Virus record (IMG/VR): IMGVR_UViG_3300032236_001859
Coordinates: 62,001 to 126,000 of that record
Strand: one strand, 5' to 3'
DNA: 64,000 nt
Shown piece by piece: positions 7,844 through 16,607 of the stretch. The translations under genes and the position numbers were made by a program. Every line of letters begins with the position of its first letter. Position 1 is the stretch's first letter. Below the pieces are notes generated by a model, which did not search any database, was not told the origin of the DNA, and saw only the letters and a program-made list of their open reading frames with translations.

Positions 7844-8592
7844 CTGAAAATTCATCAGGGTTGTTTCGGAGGCGCCATTCTCCCCCTCACCTGACTGGCT
7901 TTTTTGCATGGGAGCCGACCCACGTGTTGGTACCTCCTCTGGTCTTCGAGGGGGCCGTCATTTCCGTGACGTACACCAACAACCCTACCAACTGGGTTGT
8001 CAGCGTTGAGGGGGATCTGGACCCTCACCAGGCTACAGGCGCCGGCGCTATGCCGCGATTCCGACGAACCCGCTGTAGCGCGGTTTTCGCCGACTGACGG
8101 ATACGGGTGTACCGCTGCCGTCAGGACAGCCCAGATATTACTATCTGGGTTGACCTCCCCCGCTACGGAGAGGCGTATCATGAGTGCCCTTGTGGACATC
8201 CCGGATGGGCTCCGGTATCCCAGGAGCTTCCCGCCCTGGGCAAGTGTGTGGCTGTTATCACCACACACTATCCTTAACTAATGTTAAGGCAGTCAAACGT
8301 GGTGGTCCAGCAGTGTCCTACTGCCTGGGGGAATAGCGCCCCGTGACCACGTTTTTAGGCTTTTCCCTTTGAGGGGACCCAGCCATGACTGTTGGGGTAT
8401 CACCGCCTCTTTCCCTTTAAGGGGACCTGGCCGTGACCGTGGGAGGTCTCACCCTTTCCCTGCTGGGCATCACCCAAGCAGGTGGGACAACCCACATGTA
8501 AGACAACCCTCGCACAATAAAGTGCAAGGGTTGTCTTGGTGGGTGATGGAGATGTCGGTCTGGGGTGAGCCAGAACTACTTAGGTCCATCAC
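7844..8592 (-). ncRNA. Candidate large structured non-coding RNA (~750 nt)
   Basis: Near-continuous hairpins between an AT-rich promoter-like site (~8593-8612) and the 7799-7843 terminator; only weak ORFs are present. Confidence 0.4.
8362..8460. repeat. Degenerate tandem repeat, 45-48-bp unit (two copies plus a start)
   Basis: TTTCCCTTT(G/A)AGGGGACC..GCC(A/G)TGAC at 8362 and 8410; TTTCCC again at 8455. Confidence 0.7.
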
Positions 8593-8622
8593 TATAATAT
8601 ACGACAAAACGGGGTTTTATTT
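8590..8622 (-). promoter_or_regulatory. Putative promoter for the leftward early region
   Basis: AT-rich minus-strand sequence AAATAAAACCCCGTTTTGTCGTATATTATAGT containing -10-like hexamers. Confidence 0.45.
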
Positions 8623-8625
8623 AGC

Positions 8626-8833
8626 TAACCCCCCGGCAGGGGTTGGTTTACGCTTACAAGCCTTATTTTGGGTCCCATAAGGATCCCGACGTTAATCTAC
8701 CTGGATTAACGATACCCGTGATACCCCGGGATCCACCCGGGGGGGATCCCCCATCCTTATGGGATAAGATTTTTTGTCCCATAAGGAGTGTTCACCTGGA
8801 TAGGTTAATACCCCCCCCCTCGGCAGGGGTATT
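8626..8833. repeat. Cluster of direct and inverted repeats (origin- or operator-like)
   Basis: TCCCATAAGGA at 8673 (+), 8754 (-) and 8777 (+); CCCC..CGGCAGGGGT hairpins at both ends; three GGATCC. Confidence 0.6.
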
Positions 8834-11309
8834 AAGTGGTTTCAATGAATATCGAGGAATAGATATTCAGGGTGCGTTCCTCGATACCCCATTCCGTGGG
8901 GGTATTCTTGACCAGGAGGTTGGCCCTGACCAATAGGCGCTCAATAAACGCCATTTCCAGCCTGGGTAGCCCAGGGGTCATAAACAGCCTGGAAACCTCG
9001 GTGCGGTTAAATATGACGACGCCTTCTTTGGTTTCGACGTGGAGCCCGCCGGCTTCAACCCCGCTCCAGAGGTGGGCGAGGACAAGACCACCTGAGTTAT
9101 CTGGGGTCGCGAATACCCTGCCGAGATCGGAACCCGCTTGGAGCACCGCGGTGGGGTCCACTTTCCGGGCACGCAAGGCATTGGCGAGATCCCCGGCGAC
9201 CCTGCTGTAGAACCCAACTGGGTTGGTGTCAAACCCTGACTTCGATTTCGTGAGGAGATCGGGGAGGAGTAGGAATATCGTGTTCAGGTTCTCGACGCAG
9301 GGGACATCATAGATATCCAGGCATGCCCATCCCGGGTGTAACCGGAGCAGCTTGTGCTGGAGGCGATCCGCGGAGACCAAGATGTTCTTGGGACCATGGG
9401 GCTTCAAGGCGGCTTCCATGACTTCCTGGGAACTCCAGGTCACCGGCATCACCAGGGGGTTCTCGGCGTGTCTGGCCAGGGCGCCGGCGTCGGGATCGGT
9501 GACCACTGGGATCCCGAGGATCCCGGCAACCTTCTCGACGACGTGCTGGGCACTGTGGACCACGATCCCGGTGCCCCCGAGACCCTCACGGGTCCGCATC
9601 AGGTTACCGGTGAGGACAACTGCCATCGTGGCGAACTCGACGTAATCCCAGGCCGCCCATTGCCGGGATCCCAAGTTGACTGGGGCCTGGATCTGGGGTC
9701 CGCTGAGCCGGGATTCCGTCATGACTACCCCAGAGGGCAGCACGGAGAAGTGGGGCATACAGAGCACCCCGGAATCCCGCTGCCACCCATAGGTCGCCGC
9801 CAATGTGGATCTCGTCGGGGCATTGAATGCAGCTGCGATTCTGAGGAGCTCACGTGCCCATGCCGGCTTCATAAATGGGATATCGTTGCCACTCCTGAGC
9901 AGGATGAAGTCCTCGATCCATTTCGCCGGGTTCTTCCGGAGGGCATCGTAGTCGGCGTCGAGATTCCAGGTCTTCCCTTTGAAGGTCAGGGTGCCCGAGG
10001 CCACGTGGGTTTTCTTCACGGGATCCGTGGTGATCTCCTTGATAACCAGGATCACTGATGAGATCAGGGAGTTGCCGTGATACCAGCCATCGCTGCGTTC
10101 CGTGATAATCTTGCCGTCGATGTCCACGGAACGCGGGGCATCATCGGTAACAAAGAGTGCTTTGAGATCCCGGAGATCAGCGCCCTCAAAGTAGGTCAGG
10201 ATCTGGTTGCGGTGCGCCAGGGGTATCGAGTATGCAGCCACCATCTTCTGGGCCATCTTGATGTCCTGGGCGAGGAGGAGTCTCCCCATGGCCTCATGTG
10301 GCGGCAGCGATGCCCGGATCATGGAGTTCACAATACCTGAGGAGGTCAGCCCGGAGCGACCAAAGCCTTCGTAGAAATCGAAGATGATATGGGCATCCCT
10401 GGCATCCGGGGAATACCATAGACACCCTGCACCTAGAACCCCGAGTGCACCATGGAAGACCTCGGCGCGTTCGGCGAGGAGGCTGGGTACAAAGACGGGC
10501 TGGGTACCCGTGAGGTGGAACAGCGAGGGGGTCTCCGTGGCGACCACGAATGGGGCCTTGATACCACCATCGGCCCACTGCCGCATATTGAACCGAAAGG
10601 CCACCGAGGGATCCCTGACCACGAATGAGGTGTCATGATCATCGCCGACGAGGTTGGCGTACCCCATGGCCTTACCGGGATGGAGACTGAGGTAGGTCCA
10701 TGTCGCCAGGGTTTTGTCGGCGAGATTCGCCCTCTTGGGGAGGATCAGCCAGAACCCCACGATCTTCCACTCCGAGTATGCCGGAATCGCGATAGCCGCG
10801 TACTTCCCCCAGGTCTGCATCGCCGATTTCGCTGACTTCGGGATCTCGATGTCGTGATCCTCCAGCATCTGGGAAATCAGGGCGATGTGGTAGTTGGATC
10901 CCGCGCGACCCGCGGGTTCGCTGAACCAGCACCCGTAATCCTCGCAGATCTGTCGGATATTTCCTGGGAAATCTGAGTAGTAACTGCGGCCTGCCTTGAG
11001 GAGCCTACGAAGCCTGGCCTGTTCATCGGCGACGAAGAGGTAGTCGGCGACCTCCTGCCGGGTATCCGGGGTTACGGCTTCCACGATCTCCAGGGATGAG
11101 ATGGCGTCCGCGATGGATAGCTTGCGGACCCCGGCGAAGTAATGGATGGCGTCGCCGACGAACCCACAGTGGCTGCAGGCCAGATAGTGGGGGCCCCGGG
11201 TGGCGAGGCCGAGGTCGGTTTGACACATCAGACATCTCACCGAAGATGCAGCCATACCGACACCATGGGTGCCGAGCTGATCCAGGGTAGCCGTCAAGGA
11301 GATTCGCAT
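8832..11309 (-). CDS. Zn-finger primase/helicase-like replication protein (825 aa)
   Basis: CLMC...HYLACSHCGFVGDAIHYF...LSIADAI matches the CHC2/DnaG zinc finger; central YGWQ region resembles DUF927-type primase-helicases; start uncertain. Confidence 0.6.
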   Translation of the reverse strand: MRISLTATLDQLGTHGVGMAASSVRCLMCQTDLGLATRGPHYLACSHCGFVGDAIHYFAGVRKLSIADAISSLEIVEAVTPDTRQEVADYLFVADEQARLRRLLKAGRSYYSDFPGNIRQICEDYGCWFSEPAGRAGSNYHIALISQMLEDHDIEIPKSAKSAMQTWGKYAAIAIPAYSEWKIVGFWLILPKRANLADKTLATWTYLSLHPGKAMGYANLVGDDHDTSFVVRDPSVAFRFNMRQWADGGIKAPFVVATETPSLFHLTGTQPVFVPSLLAERAEVFHGALGVLGAGCLWYSPDARDAHIIFDFYEGFGRSGLTSSGIVNSMIRASLPPHEAMGRLLLAQDIKMAQKMVAAYSIPLAHRNQILTYFEGADLRDLKALFVTDDAPRSVDIDGKIITERSDGWYHGNSLISSVILVIKEITTDPVKKTHVASGTLTFKGKTWNLDADYDALRKNPAKWIEDFILLRSGNDIPFMKPAWARELLRIAAAFNAPTRSTLAATYGWQRDSGVLCMPHFSVLPSGVVMTESRLSGPQIQAPVNLGSRQWAAWDYVEFATMAVVLTGNLMRTREGLGGTGIVVHSAQHVVEKVAGILGIPVVTDPDAGALARHAENPLVMPVTWSSQEVMEAALKPHGPKNILVSADRLQHKLLRLHPGWACLDIYDVPCVENLNTIFLLLPDLLTKSKSGFDTNPVGFYSRVAGDLANALRARKVDPTAVLQAGSDLGRVFATPDNSGGLVLAHLWSGVEAGGLHVETKEGVVIFNRTEVSRLFMTPGLPRLEMAFIERLLVRANLLVKNTPTEWGIEERTLNIYSSIFIETT

Positions 11310-13038
11310 GTCACTTACCGATCTGCACGTGTTGCTTGGTGTAACCGGGCGTCCAAGTTACGTGAAAGCCGCCTCTGAACAAGTCGCCGAGGATGCCCCC
11401 GTGCTTCCCCAGGCCTGTGCAGACGGCATCAAGGGCACCCTGCCCTGTAACTCCAAGGAGGCCACGTTCCTGAGTGCTGCTAAAGTGGCCTCGGCACGCG
11501 CCGCCGGGAAACCCTATAACACGGAAACCGAACAGGGCATCATGAAGTTTGCTCGGTTCTGGCAGATCACCGACGACGTCGTCGCCGCCCAGAAAAAGAT
11601 CGCGGCGGCCGCGGAACCCCGAACCCTGGGCTCCAGTGACTTCGCACTCAACGAAGTCCACCAGGGCACCACGTTGAAAAAGTACGCGGCTTATGATGGC
11701 GACACCACGACTCGTGCGGCTTCCGCGTTCTATGACAACCGTCACAAGTATCCGTTGCCCTGGCGTCAGAAGACTGCCAAAGAACTCATTGCTCGGGCGA
11801 CTCGATTCGGAGTCATCGGTGACATCCCCGGCAATGTCAGCACCTATTTGCACAAAGCCGCGGGTTACGCGTTCCCTTCCCAAGAAGCCATCACGAACAG
11901 TTTGGTGTGCCGCCTCAATCGCCTCCCGGGTTCCAAGAAAGTGGCCTCTGAAAAACTCGCCGCTGCACTGGGTGCCATCGCGGATGCCCCACATCTCCGT
12001 TACAACCACGCCTTGGTTCAAGATGTCCTCACCCTCACGGATCGCTTCGACCACGAACTTAAACTTGCCGCGCATTATGGTGACGAAGACGTCACGCTCC
12101 CCGAGGAAATGCTGGATCTGACGACCCCAATGATCAAGCACGCCGGCGAAGTCCACCGTGGTGGTGAAGTCGACCTCCAGAATGGTAGCACAGTCAATGT
12201 CCACTTCCTGACCAAGGAAGCCCTGGAAGTCGTGGATCCCGAACTCGCCAAGATGTCGAAGCTCAAACTCGCCGGGGTTCTCCCCACGCTTCCCCGCCCC
12301 GACGCCGACTTGCTCTGCAAGGCCGCAGGGGTTCAGAAGAAAACCGCTGGTCTCATGAGTTCGATTGCCCAACGCCTCAATCTCACGAAATCCAAGGATC
12401 CCGTGAGTCCAGGTGCCAGCAACATCGGGAAACCCCCGACGAATGCTGAGCTCGCGAAAACCGCGGGTCCCCTGGAGACCCCTGGTCTCCCCGCCGGAGC
12501 TGGACCAGCCCCGATGGCACCCCCACAGGGCCAGCAGCCTGCACCGGGCCCCATGGACCCCGCTCAAGCCCAGCAAGCCGCGAGTGCCCCTGACGCCGGC
12601 CACGCCCCAGAGTTCACACAGAGCCCTGGTCAGGCCGCGACACCAACACAGCACCAGGGCTCCCCGAACTCCACCGGAGGCGGCCCACTTGGTGGTACTG
12701 GTGAAAACGCCATGGATCCCAATGCAGTCCAGCTCCCCAATGCTGGCCAAGGCATGTTTGATTCTCCCCTTGAAGACCCCGGTCACGCAGACCCCAGTAA
12801 CGGTGCCGGCAACATTCTCGAAGACCCCTCGATGGAAGCCGCGAGTCCCAGTGACACCGCGACGAGCCCCGCTGCCCTCCATGCCGGAGGTGCTGAATCG
12901 GGATCCGCGGCTCCCCTTGGACAATCCGTGGGTTCCCCGGATCCCGCTGCACACGCGGTCATCAAAGATCAGACCTCTGGGGTCCCCCAGGGTGCCAACG
13001 CCGGCCCGGGAACCGCGGCCTACGGCCTCGGGGTCTAA
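11308..13038 (+). CDS. Probable head-associated protein with many KxA motifs and a P/A/G/Q-rich tail
   Basis: SD AAGGAG, strong codon bias, about 12 KxA motifs. Function is inferred. Confidence 0.7.
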   Translation: MSLTDLHVLLGVTGRPSYVKAASEQVAEDAPVLPQACADGIKGTLPCNSKEATFLSAAKVASARAAGKPYNTETEQGIMKFARFWQITDDVVAAQKKIAAAAEPRTLGSSDFALNEVHQGTTLKKYAAYDGDTTTRAASAFYDNRHKYPLPWRQKTAKELIARATRFGVIGDIPGNVSTYLHKAAGYAFPSQEAITNSLVCRLNRLPGSKKVASEKLAAALGAIADAPHLRYNHALVQDVLTLTDRFDHELKLAAHYGDEDVTLPEEMLDLTTPMIKHAGEVHRGGEVDLQNGSTVNVHFLTKEALEVVDPELAKMSKLKLAGVLPTLPRPDADLLCKAAGVQKKTAGLMSSIAQRLNLTKSKDPVSPGASNIGKPPTNAELAKTAGPLETPGLPAGAGPAPMAPPQGQQPAPGPMDPAQAQQAASAPDAGHAPEFTQSPGQAATPTQHQGSPNSTGGGPLGGTGENAMDPNAVQLPNAGQGMFDSPLEDPGHADPSNGAGNILEDPSMEAASPSDTATSPAALHAGGAESGSAAPLGQSVGSPDPAAHAVIKDQTSGVPQGANAGPGTAAYGLGV

Positions 13039-13041
13039 GCG

Positions 13042-13695
13042 ATGTCTCAAGCAGGCCTAGATTGGCGCCGCAACGCCGCCGAGTTTCTCAGCGGCGCCAG
13101 ACCTGCTTTTGCGTCCACCTTGGTTGCCATTGTCTTGAAGTCCTACGGTGCCGAAGCCATGAATTGGGATCCCTTGACCCGGAGAACCCAGATCTCACAG
13201 GACTTCGGTGTTGACCTCGGCCGCCGGGAATATGAATCCCTGGAAGCCCTAATCAACGCGATGACCACGGATACCGTGTATAACTCTGTTATGGTTTTCC
13301 TGCGCACAGTGGCAGCCCTAAACCGGAAAGCGTTAGACCTCGATGAAACCCCTGATGCCGATGATGTCGCCTGGGCGGTTACCGAGGTCGTCATCAATGA
13401 TCCCGAACCTCCCCTGGCAGCACGCGCAGGATCCCCTTGGGGGCGTGATATCGCCAGGGTTGTCGGCTACGTCTTGGATTCCGAGGGAGTCCTCGGTGAA
13501 CCCCAGTGCCTGCGATTCGCGGATCGGGAACACCAACCCTTGGCGACGGATGCCAGCAATGATGTCGCCGCATTTGAGGGCGCCATGGCGTCCTCAGCTG
13601 CTCATGCCGACGAACTCGATGCCGATGTCGCCCGCAAGATGGCGGCGCTGACCCAGCAACTCGAGCTCCTGGGAATTGAATCGCCTAAACCCTGA
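13042..13695 (+). CDS. Hypothetical protein (217 aa)
   Basis: Starts 3 nt after the previous + gene; helical and acidic. Confidence 0.75.
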   Translation: MSQAGLDWRRNAAEFLSGARPAFASTLVAIVLKSYGAEAMNWDPLTRRTQISQDFGVDLGRREYESLEALINAMTTDTVYNSVMVFLRTVAALNRKALDLDETPDADDVAWAVTEVVINDPEPPLAARAGSPWGRDIARVVGYVLDSEGVLGEPQCLRFADREHQPLATDASNDVAAFEGAMASSAAHADELDADVARKMAALTQQLELLGIESPKP

Positions 13696-13981
13696 CCTGC
13701 CCTGATGTATAGGGGAGTATGATCTCGGTGACTCCGAGCTGCTGCTTCAACCTCGGGATCTCATTAGAATACGCGGCCTGCAGGGATGCCATGATGGCGT
13801 CTTGTTGGCCATCCGAGATACCATACCGCCGGCGTGGCGGACAGCTCGCACAGCCCTGGCGGACATCGCGAACCGTACGACCCCATCTCCGAATCGGTGC
13901 CAGGAAATTGTAACTGTTAAACCCCGAGTTCTCGACGAGAACATACAGGGTTTCCTTGCTCAGGATTATGGATTCGGTCAT
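13685..13981 (-). CDS. Small CxxC protein
   Basis: GCASCPPRRR; ATGA-coupled at the end of the tail operon. Confidence 0.7.
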   Translation of the reverse strand: MTESIILSKETLYVLVENSGFNSYNFLAPIRRWGRTVRDVRQGCASCPPRRRYGISDGQQDAIMASLQAAYSNEIPRLKQQLGVTEIILPYTSGQVRV

Positions 13982-14385
13982 GAGGACACCTCAATGGTCT
14001 GGGCATCACTTAGAGTGTTGTCCAGCCGGGCCATCTCCTCACTGAGGATTCTGAGCTCTTCAAGGATTTCATCGCGGATCTCATAGGCCAGGGTTTGTGA
14101 GGCAAAGACGAGGTCGAGGAGGTTCCTGCGGAAGAAGCCATCCCTGGGGGAGGGGTTCGTCGAGTAATCAACGATGTCAGCGGGGCTGCAAACACCGGTG
14201 AACAAGGCCTCCTCTGCATTGAGCTGTTGGTACCTAAAGATGTTGGCATCCCGATATCCGGACTTCACCGCGGCCGTAATTGCGATGCGGTAGCCTTGGG
14301 TACGTGCATCGACGACCACGGAGTTCTCGCGGTAGTCGAGGTTGAGGGCGTAGACAACTGGAGGTGGCGGTACGGGATCACTCAT
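13978..14385 (-). CDS. Hypothetical virion-associated protein (135 aa)
   Basis: Start MSDPV at 14385 gives ATGA overlaps on both sides. Confidence 0.75.
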   Translation of the reverse strand: MSDPVPPPPVVYALNLDYRENSVVVDARTQGYRIAITAAVKSGYRDANIFRYQQLNAEEALFTGVCSPADIVDYSTNPSPRDGFFRRNLLDLVFASQTLAYEIRDEILEELRILSEEMARLDNTLSDAQTIEVSS

Positions 14386-14684
14386 GTTAGAGCTGCCTTG
14401 GGTTGGGCCGCCGCGGTCTGGAGGACCCCGATGACGCGTTGGAGACTTGGGTTCGAGGCCACCAGGGTTCGGAGTTCCACGGCGATGGCGAGAAGTGCCC
14501 GGTGTGCTGAACGCCGGGCACAGGACGAACACCGTGCTGTATTGATGCCCCCAGCAACCTTGGTGGCCTTCTCCCGCAGTGGAATGAACTCTGGGGCGAG
14601 ACCATCAAGCTGGGGGGAATCGAGAACAACCAGAATGGCGAGGTTGGGATCAATGACTGGGGCCGGGGTGGTTTCAGGGGTCAT
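14382..14684 (-). CDS. Small CxxC protein
   Basis: RCSSCARRS; ATGA-coupled. Confidence 0.7.
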   Translation of the reverse strand: MTPETTPAPVIDPNLAILVVLDSPQLDGLAPEFIPLREKATKVAGGINTARCSSCARRSAHRALLAIAVELRTLVASNPSLQRVIGVLQTAAAQPKAALT

Positions 14685-15541
14685 GGGGACTCCACGTTAT
14701 AGTTTGTGATCTGGGGGGCGGGAAGCGGGGGTGGGGGTACAATGACTTGGATACGGATCCTGTCACCCCCATAGACGCGATCGTCTCCAACATTCACAAA
14801 AGTCATCATCGATGCGGGTCGAGAGGATCCTAACTCGGCACCAATAGTTCCAAGTACCCCAAGGGTGTCGACCACCAAGGGGATGTCGTCGCCGTTCTCA
14901 AATGCGCAGCTGTCAGCACAGCACCCCGTGGTATCCCAGTCCCATGCGGTTTCCGTGGCGCCGCCATCCGGACACTTCACGGTAAGGAATCCCAGAGGAG
15001 CCGTGGACTGAATGGTGCCGCCTCCACTGAGATCGGGGAGGTTTACATTCACCTTTACACCGATGTTGCAGCCTGACCCCGTGACGACATGGCTCGTGGA
15101 ACCAATGAGCCCGGCTCCAGTCATGAAGACGCCACCGTTGGAGAACGTCGGGAAGATACATGGGATGTTGAGGACATCCTTGATGTTGACGCAACAGGGG
15201 TCAGTGGGATCACAGGGCTCCATGGTCCGATTCCAACTCGGAGTCGAACCAGTGATCATGGAGACCTGGGATTGCGTGGACTTCAGGGTACTGCAGTGGA
15301 GGCCGATACCTGGTGGGATCGGGAACAGGGCTCGGATCCGCATCCAGGGGTATTTGAGCTGACCCAGTGGGGTCGTCGGCAGGGCGTAGGGACGTGCCCG
15401 GATGATGTGCTGTAGGGTTGGCGGCCAGCAGGGGCGTGCGGGGATAACGACGTCAATACATGTGGGGACATGATCGACGACGGGGTACGCCGAGGAGGTC
15501 AGATCAGGCAACGCGATGACGTTGAGATCAGGTAGCCGCAC
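14681..15541 (-). CDS. Cys/Pro-rich baseplate or fibre-associated protein
   Basis: In the operon; N-terminal AYPVVD echoes the paralog family. Confidence 0.65.
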   Translation of the reverse strand: MRLPDLNVIALPDLTSSAYPVVDHVPTCIDVVIPARPCWPPTLQHIIRARPYALPTTPLGQLKYPWMRIRALFPIPPGIGLHCSTLKSTQSQVSMITGSTPSWNRTMEPCDPTDPCCVNIKDVLNIPCIFPTFSNGGVFMTGAGLIGSTSHVVTGSGCNIGVKVNVNLPDLSGGGTIQSTAPLGFLTVKCPDGGATETAWDWDTTGCCADSCAFENGDDIPLVVDTLGVLGTIGAELGSSRPASMMTFVNVGDDRVYGGDRIRIQVIVPPPPLPAPQITNYNVESP

Positions 15542-16607
15542 CCTTTAGCCTTTCCGCGTTGAAGACGAGATAGATCCTGTGGTCGAGTTCTGATGCCAAG
15601 ACTTCAACATCGGTTCCCGCAACAAGTGTTAAACTTTCACTGTGAACCCCGTTCAGGGACTTCACAGTGTTCACTGCTTTGGTACCAGGGGAACACCCGG
15701 AAATGGGGTCACATGAGAACCCGTCACCACCCCCGAGTCGAAACTTGATAGTGATCCCACTGGGGGAATCATAGCCGAGATCGATGTTGTAACCCTCGGC
15801 GACTTCGGCGCCGCCTACAATTGCATCCTCGGTGACCTCGGCATCAAAACCGGGGTCAGCGGGGAGAGCATCCGTGATCATGGCATCATGGAGACTGATG
15901 GTGGTCACAGCCCCAGTGGCGAGCTCCGTGGTGGCCACTGAAGGTGGAACAATGGGGATGTCAGCGGTGGCGTGGCCCTGGGGATCCGGGGTTACCGCGA
16001 CCTGGGGTAATGGGTTCCCCGCAGATGGACTCCCCGGGGGATACAGCCCGATTTCAACACACCCCGGTATGGTCGTCGAGGTCACCCCGGTGTACGCGAT
16101 ATCACGGGTTGCCCCTGGGGTCTCCGCGAACACGGAATCGCCAAGACAAGGTGTATTCGCCACCCACATGCGTAGGGCACGGGAACTCTCGAGTAACCTG
16201 ATCGTGGATGCCACGACCTCGATGGTGACCCCAGTGGTCACCACGGGGAGCTCAGCGGCGATGCCCACTATGATGTATCCGTACCCCATCTCGGAGTGGG
16301 CGACATCACTGGGATCCACGAAGGCCACACTGACCCTTTGGAGGTCATCGAGGGCCTGTGGGGTCGACACGAAGGCCCAGCCGGCCAGGGGCCCACTGGG
16401 GATCTCGAAACGGAAGCCAACACCGGTGGAAACCACGATGTTGGATAGAACAAGTGGAATCGGCTGCGCGTAGATCTCGGCGTCCACGGTGATCACGAAG
16501 GCGGCATCGGCGAGCCAGGCGCGTTCGGATGCCGAACGATCTGGAGCAATGACGAAGGGGTAGTCCCGTGTCGTATTCGCGGCAAGGAATTGGTTGGCTC
16601 CGATCAT
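15528..16607 (-). CDS. Baseplate/fibre paralog
   Basis: NTTRDYPF...LADA at the N-terminus; VKSLNGV motif. Confidence 0.7.
   Translation of the reverse strand: MIGANQFLAANTTRDYPFVIAPDRSASERAWLADAAFVITVDAEIYAQPIPLVLSNIVVSTGVGFRFEIPSGPLAGWAFVSTPQALDDLQRVSVAFVDPSDVAHSEMGYGYIIVGIAAELPVVTTGVTIEVVASTIRLLESSRALRMWVANTPCLGDSVFAETPGATRDIAYTGVTSTTIPGCVEIGLYPPGSPSAGNPLPQVAVTPDPQGHATADIPIVPPSVATTELATGAVTTISLHDAMITDALPADPGFDAEVTEDAIVGGAEVAEGYNIDLGYDSPSGITIKFRLGGGDGFSCDPISGCSPGTKAVNTVKSLNGVHSESLTLVAGTDVEVLASELDHRIYLVFNAERLKGAAT

Noticed and set aside
7851-7870. Hammerhead-like words GAAAC and CTGATGA on the minus strand
   Set aside because: They are only a few nt apart, leaving no room for stems III and I.
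7855-8268. 137-aa minus ORF as a protein gene
   Set aside because: No convincing SD or motif, and the region is dominated by hairpins. It is not excluded, and is the alternative to the ncRNA call.
8362-8460. Possible mini CRISPR array
   Set aside because: Only two units, and the sequences between the hairpins resemble each other instead of being unique spacers.
11311-13050. 579-aa antisense ORF mirroring the + gene
   Set aside because: It is in exact codon register with a strongly biased GC-rich gene that has the SD; a typical shadow ORF.
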